A stretch of 39,096 nt of DNA from Chryseobacterium gleum. Lineage in GTDB: Bacteria > Bacteroidota > Bacteroidia > Flavobacteriales_D > Crocinitomicaceae. Numbering within the stretch: the first letter of the stretch is position 1; each line of letters opens with the position of its first letter. The notes under the pieces were generated by a model, which searched no databases, was not told where the DNA came from, and worked only from the letters and a program-made list of their open reading frames with translations. Location: NCBI GenBank assembly GCA_945877045.1, contig CAMCQW010000001.1, positions 1-39,096 of the forward strand, in the 5' to 3' direction. A program made the translations under genes and the position numbers. Shown piece by piece: positions 29,101 through 36,797 of the stretch.

Positions 29101-29189
29101 TCCCCGGTGTACTTTTTTGTTTCTTGCCCTTTGACATTAAATGCCAAGAACAGTAATAACAAGCTAATATAAAAAACCTTAATTTTCAT
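26118..29189 (-). CDS. large secreted tetratricopeptide-repeat protein
   Basis: The ORF track starts at a TTG (29198). The ATG at 29189 gives the signal peptide MKIKVFYISLLLLFLAFNVKGQ. More than 20 TPR-like A/Y/L-patterned repeats run along ~1000 aa (e.g. AEELFEKAQYSAA, YQIADSYQKL, LGNSYFKIKD). There is no lipobox Cys. Confidence 0.85.
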   Translation of the reverse strand: MKIKVFYISLLLLFLAFNVKGQETKKYTGDNSLYYHAEELFEKAQYSAARVEFRAFINARQSENDLFVQKAYYYEGLSALELFNEDAIPLLIAYNNRYPENINKAVISFKIANFFFQKEDFENAVIWYANTPLNAVEKERKDELLFKHGYSAFQLGDRATALNAFRDVKDGTSQYASPSLYFFSHLSYLGGALQVALEGFEKLRKDPNYSGVVPYYIIQIYHRQMRFQNVVDYAPTVLDSTSLTEISDVYHLLGDAYYKLNQFKDAAKYLEIYYQKAKTTRVDDYQIAYSLYRNEEYDKAIKYFDRVARVDDSLGQIAMYQIADSYQKLTKLLPARSAFYRASEMKTLEKVQEDALYNFAVLSFKVDINPYDESVKAFENYLRKYPESSRKQDIYQCLVNVYSNTSNYSKALESLDKLPSKDTKLKALYQIIAYNYGVELFQKARYEEAITNFALVNKYAIDPQLVALAKYWRADAFYRLKKYTESIAEYKLFLGSPASNSLEEKNDAYYNLGYAYWNKELYNDALDALQIYLQGNPKNKEKKVDACLKLADGYYTSKQNALAIKYYKETIDLKSDLSDRASYYLAKSYGYNGQLQLKINALLTLIEDYKDSKYIMNGVYELAKSYKSGSEYDPALVYFRKYLADYPQSALLIDCQLEIADIHYKQWDYAQAELDFKQLLLEHDNVRDVCAAAVKGLMDVYIAQKKPEKASDLADQYPCANVSPDEKENLFYNPALQSYVDSNYVEAIPKFETYLTKFPQGRYANETYYFLGNSYFKIKDTVKAVRNYEAYLSGENNAYSEFAAARVSTFYYNKKDYVNGIKYYLKLDKIATKAYNIFVAKLGLMRCYFLNNNYQESIAYAKIVLESNGLTTANHIDGEYVLGLANYKLENYTDAALSLNWLVKNTRSAMTAESRYYLAEIHHKNKELTLAENEINAILKMKPSYNFWIGKALILKTKIDIERGDYVQAEQSLKSVIDFYPKDLNDGILLEANELMEELTQLKNPVKIIEEEPDKKIEINQNK

Positions 29190-29195
29190 CAAGGG

Positions 29196-29203
29196 CAAAG
29201 TTA
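29196..29203 (-). promoter_or_regulatory. candidate -7 promoter box (TAACTTTG) for the TPR-barrel operon
   Basis: The reverse complement of caaagtta is TAACTTTG, a perfect TAnnTTTG, ending 6 nt upstream of the ATG at 29189. It overlaps the alternative TTG start and so argues against it. Confidence 0.4.
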
Positions 29204-29327
29204 CATAGTGTATTTACTATCATCAATTCTAGGATTAAAAGTTATACACTTTAACGTGTTAAGAGAAAAGCGTTGCAGTTGAAAATAATCCGTTTAGGAT
29301 ATACATATTTGTAAAAAAAAACAGACC

Positions 29328-29999
29328 GTGTCAAAAGTAATTACGCTATCTAACGCAAAAATTTATCAGCAAACCCAATTGGTTTTAGACAATGTTTGGC
29401 TCTCCGTTGAACAAGGCGAATTCGCCTATCTAGTAGGAAAGACGGGTAGTGGAAAAAGCAGCCTATTAAAAACGCTTTACGCCGAAATACCCTTAAAAGA
29501 AGGAGAGGGAATTGTCACCGACTATAACTTAAGACGAATTACAAAAAAAGAAACGCCTTTCTTAAGAAGAAAAATCGGGATTATATTTCAGGATTTTCAA
29601 TTATTAATGGACAGAACGGTTATTCAAAACATGTACTTTGTATTGGGTGCTACCGGATGGAAGGATAAAGAAAAAATACACAATCGCGCTCTAAGCGTTT
29701 TACAGCTTGTAGGGATAGAACAGAAAGCAGCGGTATTTCCTCACGCGCTTTCTGGAGGAGAACAACAAAGGGTGTCTATTGCGCGCGCACTTCTAAATAA
29801 ACCACAATTAATTTTGGCGGACGAACCAACAGGTAATCTAGACATTGAAACTTCGGAAGAAATAATGCAACTATTACTTGCCTTGGCGAAAGAAGAAAAC
29901 ACCGCGATATTGATGGCAAGTCACGATACATCAATCATTCAAAAATTTCCCGGACGAATAATCAAAATAGAAGGCGGAGAGTTAAAGGAATCAGAGTAA
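29328..29999 (+). CDS. ftsE: cell-division ABC ATPase FtsE-like
   Basis: 223-aa ORF with a GTG start, Walker [10 protein letters not shown], signature [15 protein letters not shown] and Walker [13 protein letters not shown]. It has FtsE length, and no permease gene is adjacent. Confidence 0.82.
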   Translation: MSKVITLSNAKIYQQTQLVLDNVWLSVEQGEFAYLVGKTGSGKSSLLKTLYAEIPLKEGEGIVTDYNLRRITKKETPFLRRKIGIIFQDFQLLMDRTVIQNMYFVLGATGWKDKEKIHNRALSVLQLVGIEQKAAVFPHALSGGEQQRVSIARALLNKPQLILADEPTGNLDIETSEEIMQLLLALAKEENTAILMASHDTSIIQKFPGRIIKIEGGELKESE

Positions 30000-31316
30000 T
30001 TCATTCGCTAAATTAGCAAGTTCCGACCTTTCTCCTTTCTCTAATTTAACATGAGAAAAAAGCACTTGATTTTTTAGTTTATCAATTAAATATGCTAAGC
30101 CATTACTGTTTTCGTCCAAATATGGCGTGTCAATTTGATGCACATCTCCAGTGAAAACAATTTTCGTGTTTTCGCCTGCTCTTGTTATAATTGTTTTTAC
30201 TTCATGGGGAGAAAGGTTTTGTGCCTCGTCAACTATAAACATGATATTGGATAAACTTCTTCCACGGATAAAAGCTAAAGGTGTAATGATTATTTTACCC
30301 GACTCCTGCATATCTACAATCGCCTTATGCTTTTTTTCGTTTTCACCAAACTGAGATTTTATATATTTTAAATTATCCCACAATGGCTCCATGTACGGGC
30401 TTATCTTGTCATTAGCATCTCCAGGAAGAAAGCCAATGTCTTTATTAGAAAGTGGCACGATGGGTCTCGCAAGAATAATTTGGTTAAATTGCTTATCTTG
30501 TTCCAGTGCTGCAGCGAGAGCCAAAAGTGTTTTTCCAGTCCCCGCCACGCCCTGAAGCGCTACTAATTTAACATTGTTGTTTAATAGGGCGTGAAAAGCA
30601 AAAGCTTGTTCGGCATTTTTAGGTTTTATTCCGTAAACAAACTCTTTTTCAATTCGTTCAATTTGGTTGTTTTGTTGATTGTAAAAGGCCAGCGATGATG
30701 ATTTCCCATTTTTTAAAATATAATAACCATTATTTATTTTTTTATCCTTTAATATACCATTCTCTGCTATCCATCCTCTTGTGAAAACTTCACGGATAAC
30801 ATCTGAGTCGACACCCTCAATGGTAGATGAACTTGTTGAGGTAATGTCATTTGCATCGACTTTCCCTGTTTCATAATCCTCTGCCATTACGCCAAGGGCT
30901 TTTGCTTTAATGCGAAGATTAATATCTTTAGTAACCAAAACAACTTCATTTTTAGGTTCTTGTTCTTTTAGAAACAAGGCCGAATTAATTATTTTGTGAT
31001 CGTTTTTACCTTGAGAATAAATTTTTTCTGCATCGATTGTTTTGGGATTGTATTCCATTACAATTTTGAATTCGCCCAGGTTGCCTTCTAAAGAAATCCA
31101 TTCTTGAAGCCCTCCGCCTGCAGAAAGTTTATCAATAAATCGGATTACCTCACGTGCCGAAAAGTTTTTCGTGTCGTTCCCTAATTTAAACTTATCTAAT
31201 TCTTCCAAAACAGTTATAGGAACGGCTACATTATTATGTTTAAAGTGTGTAATAGCCTGATGATCATGCAGTAAAACAGAAGTGTCTAACACAAATATTT
31301 TTTTTATCTTTTTCAT
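29991..31316 (-). CDS. PhoH2-type protein: N-terminal PIN domain fused to a PhoH-like ATPase
   Basis: 441-aa ORF. The N-terminus FVLDTSVLLHD...VPITVLEELD is PIN-like. The C-terminal half has Walker A GVAGTGKTLLALAAAL, Walker B FIVDEAQN and GDVHQID. Its stop region overlaps ftsE by 9 nt, and the two genes are convergent. Confidence 0.88.
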   Translation of the reverse strand: MKKIKKIFVLDTSVLLHDHQAITHFKHNNVAVPITVLEELDKFKLGNDTKNFSAREVIRFIDKLSAGGGLQEWISLEGNLGEFKIVMEYNPKTIDAEKIYSQGKNDHKIINSALFLKEQEPKNEVVLVTKDINLRIKAKALGVMAEDYETGKVDANDITSTSSSTIEGVDSDVIREVFTRGWIAENGILKDKKINNGYYILKNGKSSSLAFYNQQNNQIERIEKEFVYGIKPKNAEQAFAFHALLNNNVKLVALQGVAGTGKTLLALAAALEQDKQFNQIILARPIVPLSNKDIGFLPGDANDKISPYMEPLWDNLKYIKSQFGENEKKHKAIVDMQESGKIIITPLAFIRGRSLSNIMFIVDEAQNLSPHEVKTIITRAGENTKIVFTGDVHQIDTPYLDENSNGLAYLIDKLKNQVLFSHVKLEKGERSELANLANELL

Positions 31317-31535
31317 TTACAAATTCTTTCGATGAAGGTACTTTGTTTTCAAAATAGGATAATTAGATCTTGTTGAACTTATCTACAATGGTATGTTAGC
31401 AGTAACATATTGTTTATATTCAAGTTCATAACCCGCCCATTGAAACAGCCTCAATTAAAGGATAAGTCCGAGGTGTTTTAGTCCACCCCCTTGCTAAAAA
31501 ATCAAAATGTTTCTATAAAAGTGACACACTTTTTT

Positions 31536-31543
31536 AACTTTGC
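31536..31543 (+). promoter_or_regulatory. candidate -7 promoter box (TAACTTTG) for the S41 peptidase gene
   Basis: Perfect TAnnTTTG located inside the long ORF-track version of the gene, 19 nt upstream of an in-frame TTG (31563). Confidence 0.4.
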
Positions 31544-31562
31544 ATTAAATGAAGCACCTATT

Positions 31563-33020
31563 TTGAAGCACTCCATTGTTTTGTTATTTTTTGTATTCTC
31601 CTGTCATTTTGTACAGACGCAACCGTGCAAGTTTTTCTTTTTTAGAAAATCAGTAGATATTTCAAAGGATAAGGTTTGCAACGATCTATTATTGATTGAC
31701 CTACAATTTATTAAAAAGAAACTAGAGGAGGTTCACCCGTCTTTATACATGTATTGTCCAAAAGAATCTTTTGATTCCGCTTACAATGCGACATTATTAG
31801 CGCTAAACAAACCATATACGATTTATGATTTTTCTTTATTGGTTTCGGACTGGCTTTCTTTATTACATGACTCCCATACCTTTTTGCCCCCTAAGAATTT
31901 AGTACAATATAAATCAAAGGGGCGCCACTCGTATCCTTTTCGATTATGCGAGATTGACAATAAACTAGTTGTTTTGGAAAGCTGGAAAAACAGACTCCCA
32001 AAAGGCGCCGAATTAATCACTTTTGACAACGTATCCATCCCAAAAACAATTGAACGCTCACTACGAATGAGCCCCATTGAAGGAAATGTTTATGAAGCGC
32101 AGAAAGAATTTTCAATTTCACAGCTTGGATCCCTATTAAACGTTTCATCTACAACGAATAAAAAAAGGATAAAATATTACTTGCCAGGAAAAGACACGGT
32201 CACCGCGATAATATCTCCACCTATATTTTGGAGGTCTAAAGCGGGAAACAAACTAAATGCCCCGAAGAAAGAATTATGTTTAAACATATATGACACCACC
32301 GCCCATCTCGTTATACATAGTTTTAGTCCTAAATCGTATAAGAAGTTTAAATTAAAGCTTACCAGGATGTTTGAGGAAATAAAGACGAAAAACATACAAC
32401 ATTTAATAATAGATTTAAGGGATAATTTAGGAGGCTATGTTGCCTTAGAAGAATATCTAATGCTTTTAATAGCGAAGAACGCACCCAGTTTCAAAGCGGC
32501 ATATATTTACAAAAGGAGTCAGCATGATCGTTTTTCTACTTTAAGTATACAGCAACGTTGGCAGTTCAAACAATTAGCAAAACGACCTTATTCAAGCGAT
32601 GCCTTACGAAAAGAATTAGAATTTTTTTATAGTCCCTATGGCACAGTGGATACTATTTTAATTACGACACAACTCAAAAACAAAACAATTGATTCTTATT
32701 CTAATAAATGTACGCTCTTGACAAATGGTTTATCGATGTCAGCATCGGCTAATTTTGCTGCCTGGTTTAGGACGGTGGAAAGAGGGCAGATAGTCGGCAC
32801 ACCTTGTATGGGAACATTGTCAGGTACTTTTGCAAATTCAACGGCAATATTTTTACCCAATACCATGTTGTCGATCTCTATTTCTACTTTAAAAATTACA
32901 CCAATAAATTTTTTGGAAATTTCATTGAGTCCAATAGTACCAGATCGTATAATAATCCCCACTCAAACACAATTGATAAAGGGGATAGATCCGTGCATAG
33001 ATTTCTTACTAAACAACTAA
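31563..33020 (+). CDS. S41-family (tail-specific-protease-like) serine peptidase, secreted
   Basis: The ORF is open from a TTG at 31491. I prefer the TTG at 31563, which gives (M)KHSIVLLFFVFSCHFVQTQ as a signal peptide and lies downstream of a -7 box. S41 motifs are IIDLRDNLGGY and TNGLSMSASANFAAWF. The start remains uncertain. Confidence 0.72.
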   Translation: MKHSIVLLFFVFSCHFVQTQPCKFFFFRKSVDISKDKVCNDLLLIDLQFIKKKLEEVHPSLYMYCPKESFDSAYNATLLALNKPYTIYDFSLLVSDWLSLLHDSHTFLPPKNLVQYKSKGRHSYPFRLCEIDNKLVVLESWKNRLPKGAELITFDNVSIPKTIERSLRMSPIEGNVYEAQKEFSISQLGSLLNVSSTTNKKRIKYYLPGKDTVTAIISPPIFWRSKAGNKLNAPKKELCLNIYDTTAHLVIHSFSPKSYKKFKLKLTRMFEEIKTKNIQHLIIDLRDNLGGYVALEEYLMLLIAKNAPSFKAAYIYKRSQHDRFSTLSIQQRWQFKQLAKRPYSSDALRKELEFFYSPYGTVDTILITTQLKNKTIDSYSNKCTLLTNGLSMSASANFAAWFRTVERGQIVGTPCMGTLSGTFANSTAIFLPNTMLSISISTLKITPINFLEISLSPIVPDRIIIPTQTQLIKGIDPCIDFLLNN

Positions 33021-33022
33021 TT

Positions 33023-34153
33023 ATGGAAAGTAAATTACCATTAATTGGCACCACCATCTTCACCAAAATGTCATTAATGGCAGCCGAAAATAAGGCAATA
33101 AATCTTGCCCAAGGATTTCCTAATTACCCAATTGATACACAATTACAAAGCTTAATAGGCGAACACAGCACACTCGATGTCCACCAATATGCTTCAATGC
33201 AGGGCAATGTAATATTAAGGCAAGAAATAGCCCGCCTTATAAACAAAAACAACAATGGTAAAATAGATCCAAATGAAAATGTATTAATAACGGCGGGTGC
33301 CACTCAGGGAATTTTTACTACTATTCAAGCCTTGGTTTCAGCTGGGGAAGAAGTAATCATTTTAGATCCGAGTTACGACTGCTACGAAGTGCCAATTTTA
33401 TTAGTTGGCGCAAGACCAATTCATATTTCACTCGATGAAAACTTTAGGCCAGATTGGCAAAAAATAAATGACAGTGTTTCCTCAAAAACGAAGATGATAA
33501 TTATTAATTCTCCTCATAATCCAAGTGGCGTTTTGTGGGAAGAGTCTGATATGCTTTTATTGGTAGAATTAGTAAAAAAATATCCAAAAATAATCGTGTT
33601 GTCTGATGAGGTTTACGAATTTATAACTTTTGAGAAGCGGCATATTTCCGCAGCTTTTAATGAAATATTGCGCGAAAGGTCTGTTATTGTCTCTTCATTC
33701 GGAAAAACATTCCATGTTACAGGATGGAAAGTCGGTTATCTGACGGCTCCAAAAGCGCTCCTCACGGAAATAATTAAAGTGCATCAGTATTTAGTTTTTT
33801 CTGTGAATAGTTTGGCGCAATCTGTATTAGCAGCGTATCTACCGCTGTCTAATATTGAACAATTGGGCCAATTTTACAAAGAAAAAAGGGACACGTTTCG
33901 AGAAGCACTAAGTGGTAGCAGGTTTACATTACTTCCTTGTGAAGGGGCTTATTTTCAATTAGCGTCATTTGCAGCAATAAGTAATAAATCTGACATCGAT
34001 TTCTGCGAAGAATTAACCAAAAAATACGGCGTAGCGGCCATTCCAGTTTCTGCTTTCTATAGTACTAAATTGGACCAGCAATTAGTACGATTTTGCTTTG
34101 CTAAAGACAATGAAACGATATTAAAAGCCACGAAATTATTATGCGCGATTTAA
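33023..34153 (+). CDS. class I/II PLP aminotransferase, YbdL-like methionine/glutamine aminotransferase
   Basis: The ORF track starts at 32804 inside the previous gene. The ATG at 33023 gives MESKLPLIGTTIFTKMSLMAAENKAINLAQGFPNYP, a typical N-terminus for this family. The PLP-lysine context is SSFGKTFHVTGWKVGY. Confidence 0.87.
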   Translation: MESKLPLIGTTIFTKMSLMAAENKAINLAQGFPNYPIDTQLQSLIGEHSTLDVHQYASMQGNVILRQEIARLINKNNNGKIDPNENVLITAGATQGIFTTIQALVSAGEEVIILDPSYDCYEVPILLVGARPIHISLDENFRPDWQKINDSVSSKTKMIIINSPHNPSGVLWEESDMLLLVELVKKYPKIIVLSDEVYEFITFEKRHISAAFNEILRERSVIVSSFGKTFHVTGWKVGYLTAPKALLTEIIKVHQYLVFSVNSLAQSVLAAYLPLSNIEQLGQFYKEKRDTFREALSGSRFTLLPCEGAYFQLASFAAISNKSDIDFCEELTKKYGVAAIPVSAFYSTKLDQQLVRFCFAKDNETILKATKLLCAI

Positions 34154-34917
34154 CAATTTCATTAATTCAAACCACTCAATTTTGGGAGGATAAAAGTAAA
34201 AACATCTCCAATGTTAGTGCTTTAATGAATGAAAATTTCTCAACGGACTTAATTCTACTTCCCGAAATGTTTAATACATCTTTCAGCATGGATGCATTGA
34301 ACCTAGCCGAATCACCAGAGAATTCGACAAGTCTAAACCAATTGAAAATTTGGGCCAAACAAAAAAATGCGGCAATTTACACCTCCATGATGATTAAAGA
34401 CGGCGAACAGTTTTTTAATAGAGGATTCTTTATTTATCCCAATGGAGAAATTTCCTATTACGACAAGAGAAATTTATTTGCCTTAGGTGGAGAGGGGGAT
34501 GTTTTTTCACCGGGTAAAGAAGAAAAAATTATCGATTATTTAGGTTGGAAGATTAATTTACAAGTTTGTTTTGATTTAAGATTCCCCTCCTGTTCAGCGA
34601 ACAACATGGACAAGGAAGGTAAGGCGAAGTATGATTTATTACTTTATGTGGCAAATTGGCCAGAAAAACGTATTGCTCACTGGGAGAAATTATTAGTTGC
34701 TCGCGCCATTGAAAACCAAGCCTATGTGGCAGGATTAAATAGGGTAGGAGTGGATGGCAATGGTATAAATTATAATGGCCAATCAGTTGTTAATGATTGT
34801 AATGGCCTACCCATTCTTTCCTTCGAAAAAAACGAAAATGCTGTTAGATCCACCACCCTGAGTGCAACATCTCTTCAGGCATTTAGACAGGAACTTCCTT
34901 TTTTGAACGACTTTTAG
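34141..34917 (+). CDS. nitrilase-superfamily C-N hydrolase, omega-amidase (YafV-like)
   Basis: 258-aa ORF with Glu-Lys-Cys triad contexts LILLPEMFNT, YYDKRNLF and LQVCFDLRFP. It overlaps the aminotransferase gene by 13 nt. Confidence 0.83.
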   Translation: MRDLTISLIQTTQFWEDKSKNISNVSALMNENFSTDLILLPEMFNTSFSMDALNLAESPENSTSLNQLKIWAKQKNAAIYTSMMIKDGEQFFNRGFFIYPNGEISYYDKRNLFALGGEGDVFSPGKEEKIIDYLGWKINLQVCFDLRFPSCSANNMDKEGKAKYDLLLYVANWPEKRIAHWEKLLVARAIENQAYVAGLNRVGVDGNGINYNGQSVVNDCNGLPILSFEKNENAVRSTTLSATSLQAFRQELPFLNDF

Positions 34918-34937
34918 GAAAATAAGGAAAAAAGCCC

Positions 34938-34945
34938 TAATTTTG
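34938..34945 (+). promoter_or_regulatory. candidate -7 promoter box (TAATTTTG) for the 601-aa T9SS cargo gene
   Basis: Perfect TAnnTTTG 26 nt upstream of the ATG at 34972. Confidence 0.45.
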
Positions 34946-34971
34946 AAAAACAAAAATCTCAAAACAACGAT

Positions 34972-36777
34972 ATGAAAAAAAACTTACTTACAGCTTCAGC
35001 GTTATTGTTAACCTTGGCCGTTTCTGCTCAGAAACAACCAAGATTGCTAACGTTCCAAGATTTGTTAGCGAAACCAGCAACAACTCTTGAAAAACCAAGT
35101 ACTGAAAAAACATTAGGCGTAACATTATGGTCTGATAATTTTTCAAACCCTGCCAATTGGGTTATTGATAACAATGGCCAAACAGCTCCTCAATTCGGAT
35201 GGGATATTAGTGCAACATCAGAAGGTTGGTGGGATCCAAACGGCATAAACTCTGCTTCAGGAGGATCGTATGCAGAATTATCGAATGGTGACCCAACGGC
35301 AAGTCCTGCAACGCAAGCGCTTAATGTGGTGTATACAATGACAACAGCATCTCCGATTAATATTACAGCTTTGGGTGGTACTAACCAAGTTAGCATTCAG
35401 TTCCAACAATATGGCGCTCGTTTCAATGACCTACAAGAAGTACAAATTAGTACCAACGGGACGACATGGACGACGGTTTCTGATAACTTAAATGAGTCCG
35501 TATTATCTGCTGCAGGAGGAACGCCTTATGCTAATCCAAATAATAAATCGATTAATTTAGCGAACATAATACCGGCAAGCCCATCTCCTATATGGATTCG
35601 GTTTAGTTGGACAACCAATTATCCAGCATCAGCAACCAATCCAAATGTTTGGATTACCTATGGTTGGTATATTGATGATGTTAAATTGGTAACTAATCCA
35701 ACAAATGACCTAAGCGTAACGGATAAATATTGGGGTACAGCAGGGTTAAATTATTATCAAATACCAATCACACAAACTGCACCGATTGATTTTGAAGCAG
35801 AGGTTTTCAATGGCGGAATAAATAGCCAACCAAACGTTAAATTAAACATCAACGTGAATACAGGCTTGTTTACAGGAAGCAGCGCACCAGCGACAATCGC
35901 TTCATTAGACACGACAATCTTAACAGTTACAACTCCTTTTACTCCAGCAACATTGGGTAGTTATTCGGTTGTTCAAACTATCACCGCGGATTCTACAGAC
36001 GACGTACCAACAAACAATGTGATTTCAAATGTATCGTTCAGTGTAGGAAATTATATTTATGCACGGGATAATGGAACAGCAGCGGGATCTACTTCAAATG
36101 GAACCGATGGTTTTGAAGCAGGAAATCTATTTGATATTTGGGCTGACCAAACGCTGAAAGCAATTAATGTACGTTTATTGGGAGGCGCTTCAGGTACCGC
36201 TGTTGGAACGGAGATTTTTGTAAAATTATATTCCATAGACGCAACCACAGGAGATTTCGTATTTGAATCAGAGTCAGACCCGTTAATTGTAGGCGCAACA
36301 AACCTTAACACCAACTTGGTGGTGGCCTTAAACACTCCAGTTGCCATGCTAATGAACAACACTTATTTGGCAGTTGTTGGTTGCTATGCTGCCGGACTTA
36401 AAGTTGTAAATGCAGGTACGTCAGAAGCACAAACATCATTTTTCTTAGACATGTTGGATAACACGTGGTATTACCAAACAGGAACCCCATATGTTCGATT
36501 GAATTTTGATCCAGTAATTGGTATTAATGAATTAAACGATGACATTCAAGCATCTGTTTATCCTAATCCTACTTCTACTACCTTGAATGTTTCTTTAAAT
36601 GTTACTGGTACGGCCTTGGTTTCGGTTCGTGACTTAACAGGAAAAGAGATAATAGCTCCACAAGGATTCGCTGCAGGAACATCTACTATTGATGTAAGCA
36701 AGTTATCAGCGGGAATGTACGTTGTTAGCATTGCTACAGAAACAGGAATTACTACAAAGAAATTCATGAAGAAATAA
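34972..36777 (+). CDS. T9SS-secreted protein of unknown function
   Basis: 601-aa ORF with signal peptide MKKNLLTASALLLTLAVSAQ. It is T/N/S/G-rich and beta-rich, with no catalytic motif I can recognise. The C-terminal segment VYPNPTSTTLNVSL...LSAGMYVVSIATETGITTKKFMKK is a T9SS CTD. Confidence 0.7.
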   Translation: MKKNLLTASALLLTLAVSAQKQPRLLTFQDLLAKPATTLEKPSTEKTLGVTLWSDNFSNPANWVIDNNGQTAPQFGWDISATSEGWWDPNGINSASGGSYAELSNGDPTASPATQALNVVYTMTTASPINITALGGTNQVSIQFQQYGARFNDLQEVQISTNGTTWTTVSDNLNESVLSAAGGTPYANPNNKSINLANIIPASPSPIWIRFSWTTNYPASATNPNVWITYGWYIDDVKLVTNPTNDLSVTDKYWGTAGLNYYQIPITQTAPIDFEAEVFNGGINSQPNVKLNINVNTGLFTGSSAPATIASLDTTILTVTTPFTPATLGSYSVVQTITADSTDDVPTNNVISNVSFSVGNYIYARDNGTAAGSTSNGTDGFEAGNLFDIWADQTLKAINVRLLGGASGTAVGTEIFVKLYSIDATTGDFVFESESDPLIVGATNLNTNLVVALNTPVAMLMNNTYLAVVGCYAAGLKVVNAGTSEAQTSFFLDMLDNTWYYQTGTPYVRLNFDPVIGINELNDDIQASVYPNPTSTTLNVSLNVTGTALVSVRDLTGKEIIAPQGFAAGTSTIDVSKLSAGMYVVSIATETGITTKKFMKK

Positions 36778-36797
36778 AAGACAATAAGTAATTATTT

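Noticed and set aside
29190-29198. TTG start (29198) for the TPR protein and TTG start (36822) for the YqaA-like protein, as given by the ORF track.
   Set aside because: The TTG at 29198 overlaps the -7 box, and an ATG three codons downstream gives a better signal peptide. The TTG at 36822 lies inside the T-tract of the upstream terminator, and an ATG follows at 36834.
32804-33022. 73-codon N-terminal extension of the aminotransferase ORF overlapping the S41 peptidase gene.
   Set aside because: The family-typical N-terminus begins at the ATG at 33023, and the extension is simply the alternative frame of the S41 3' end.
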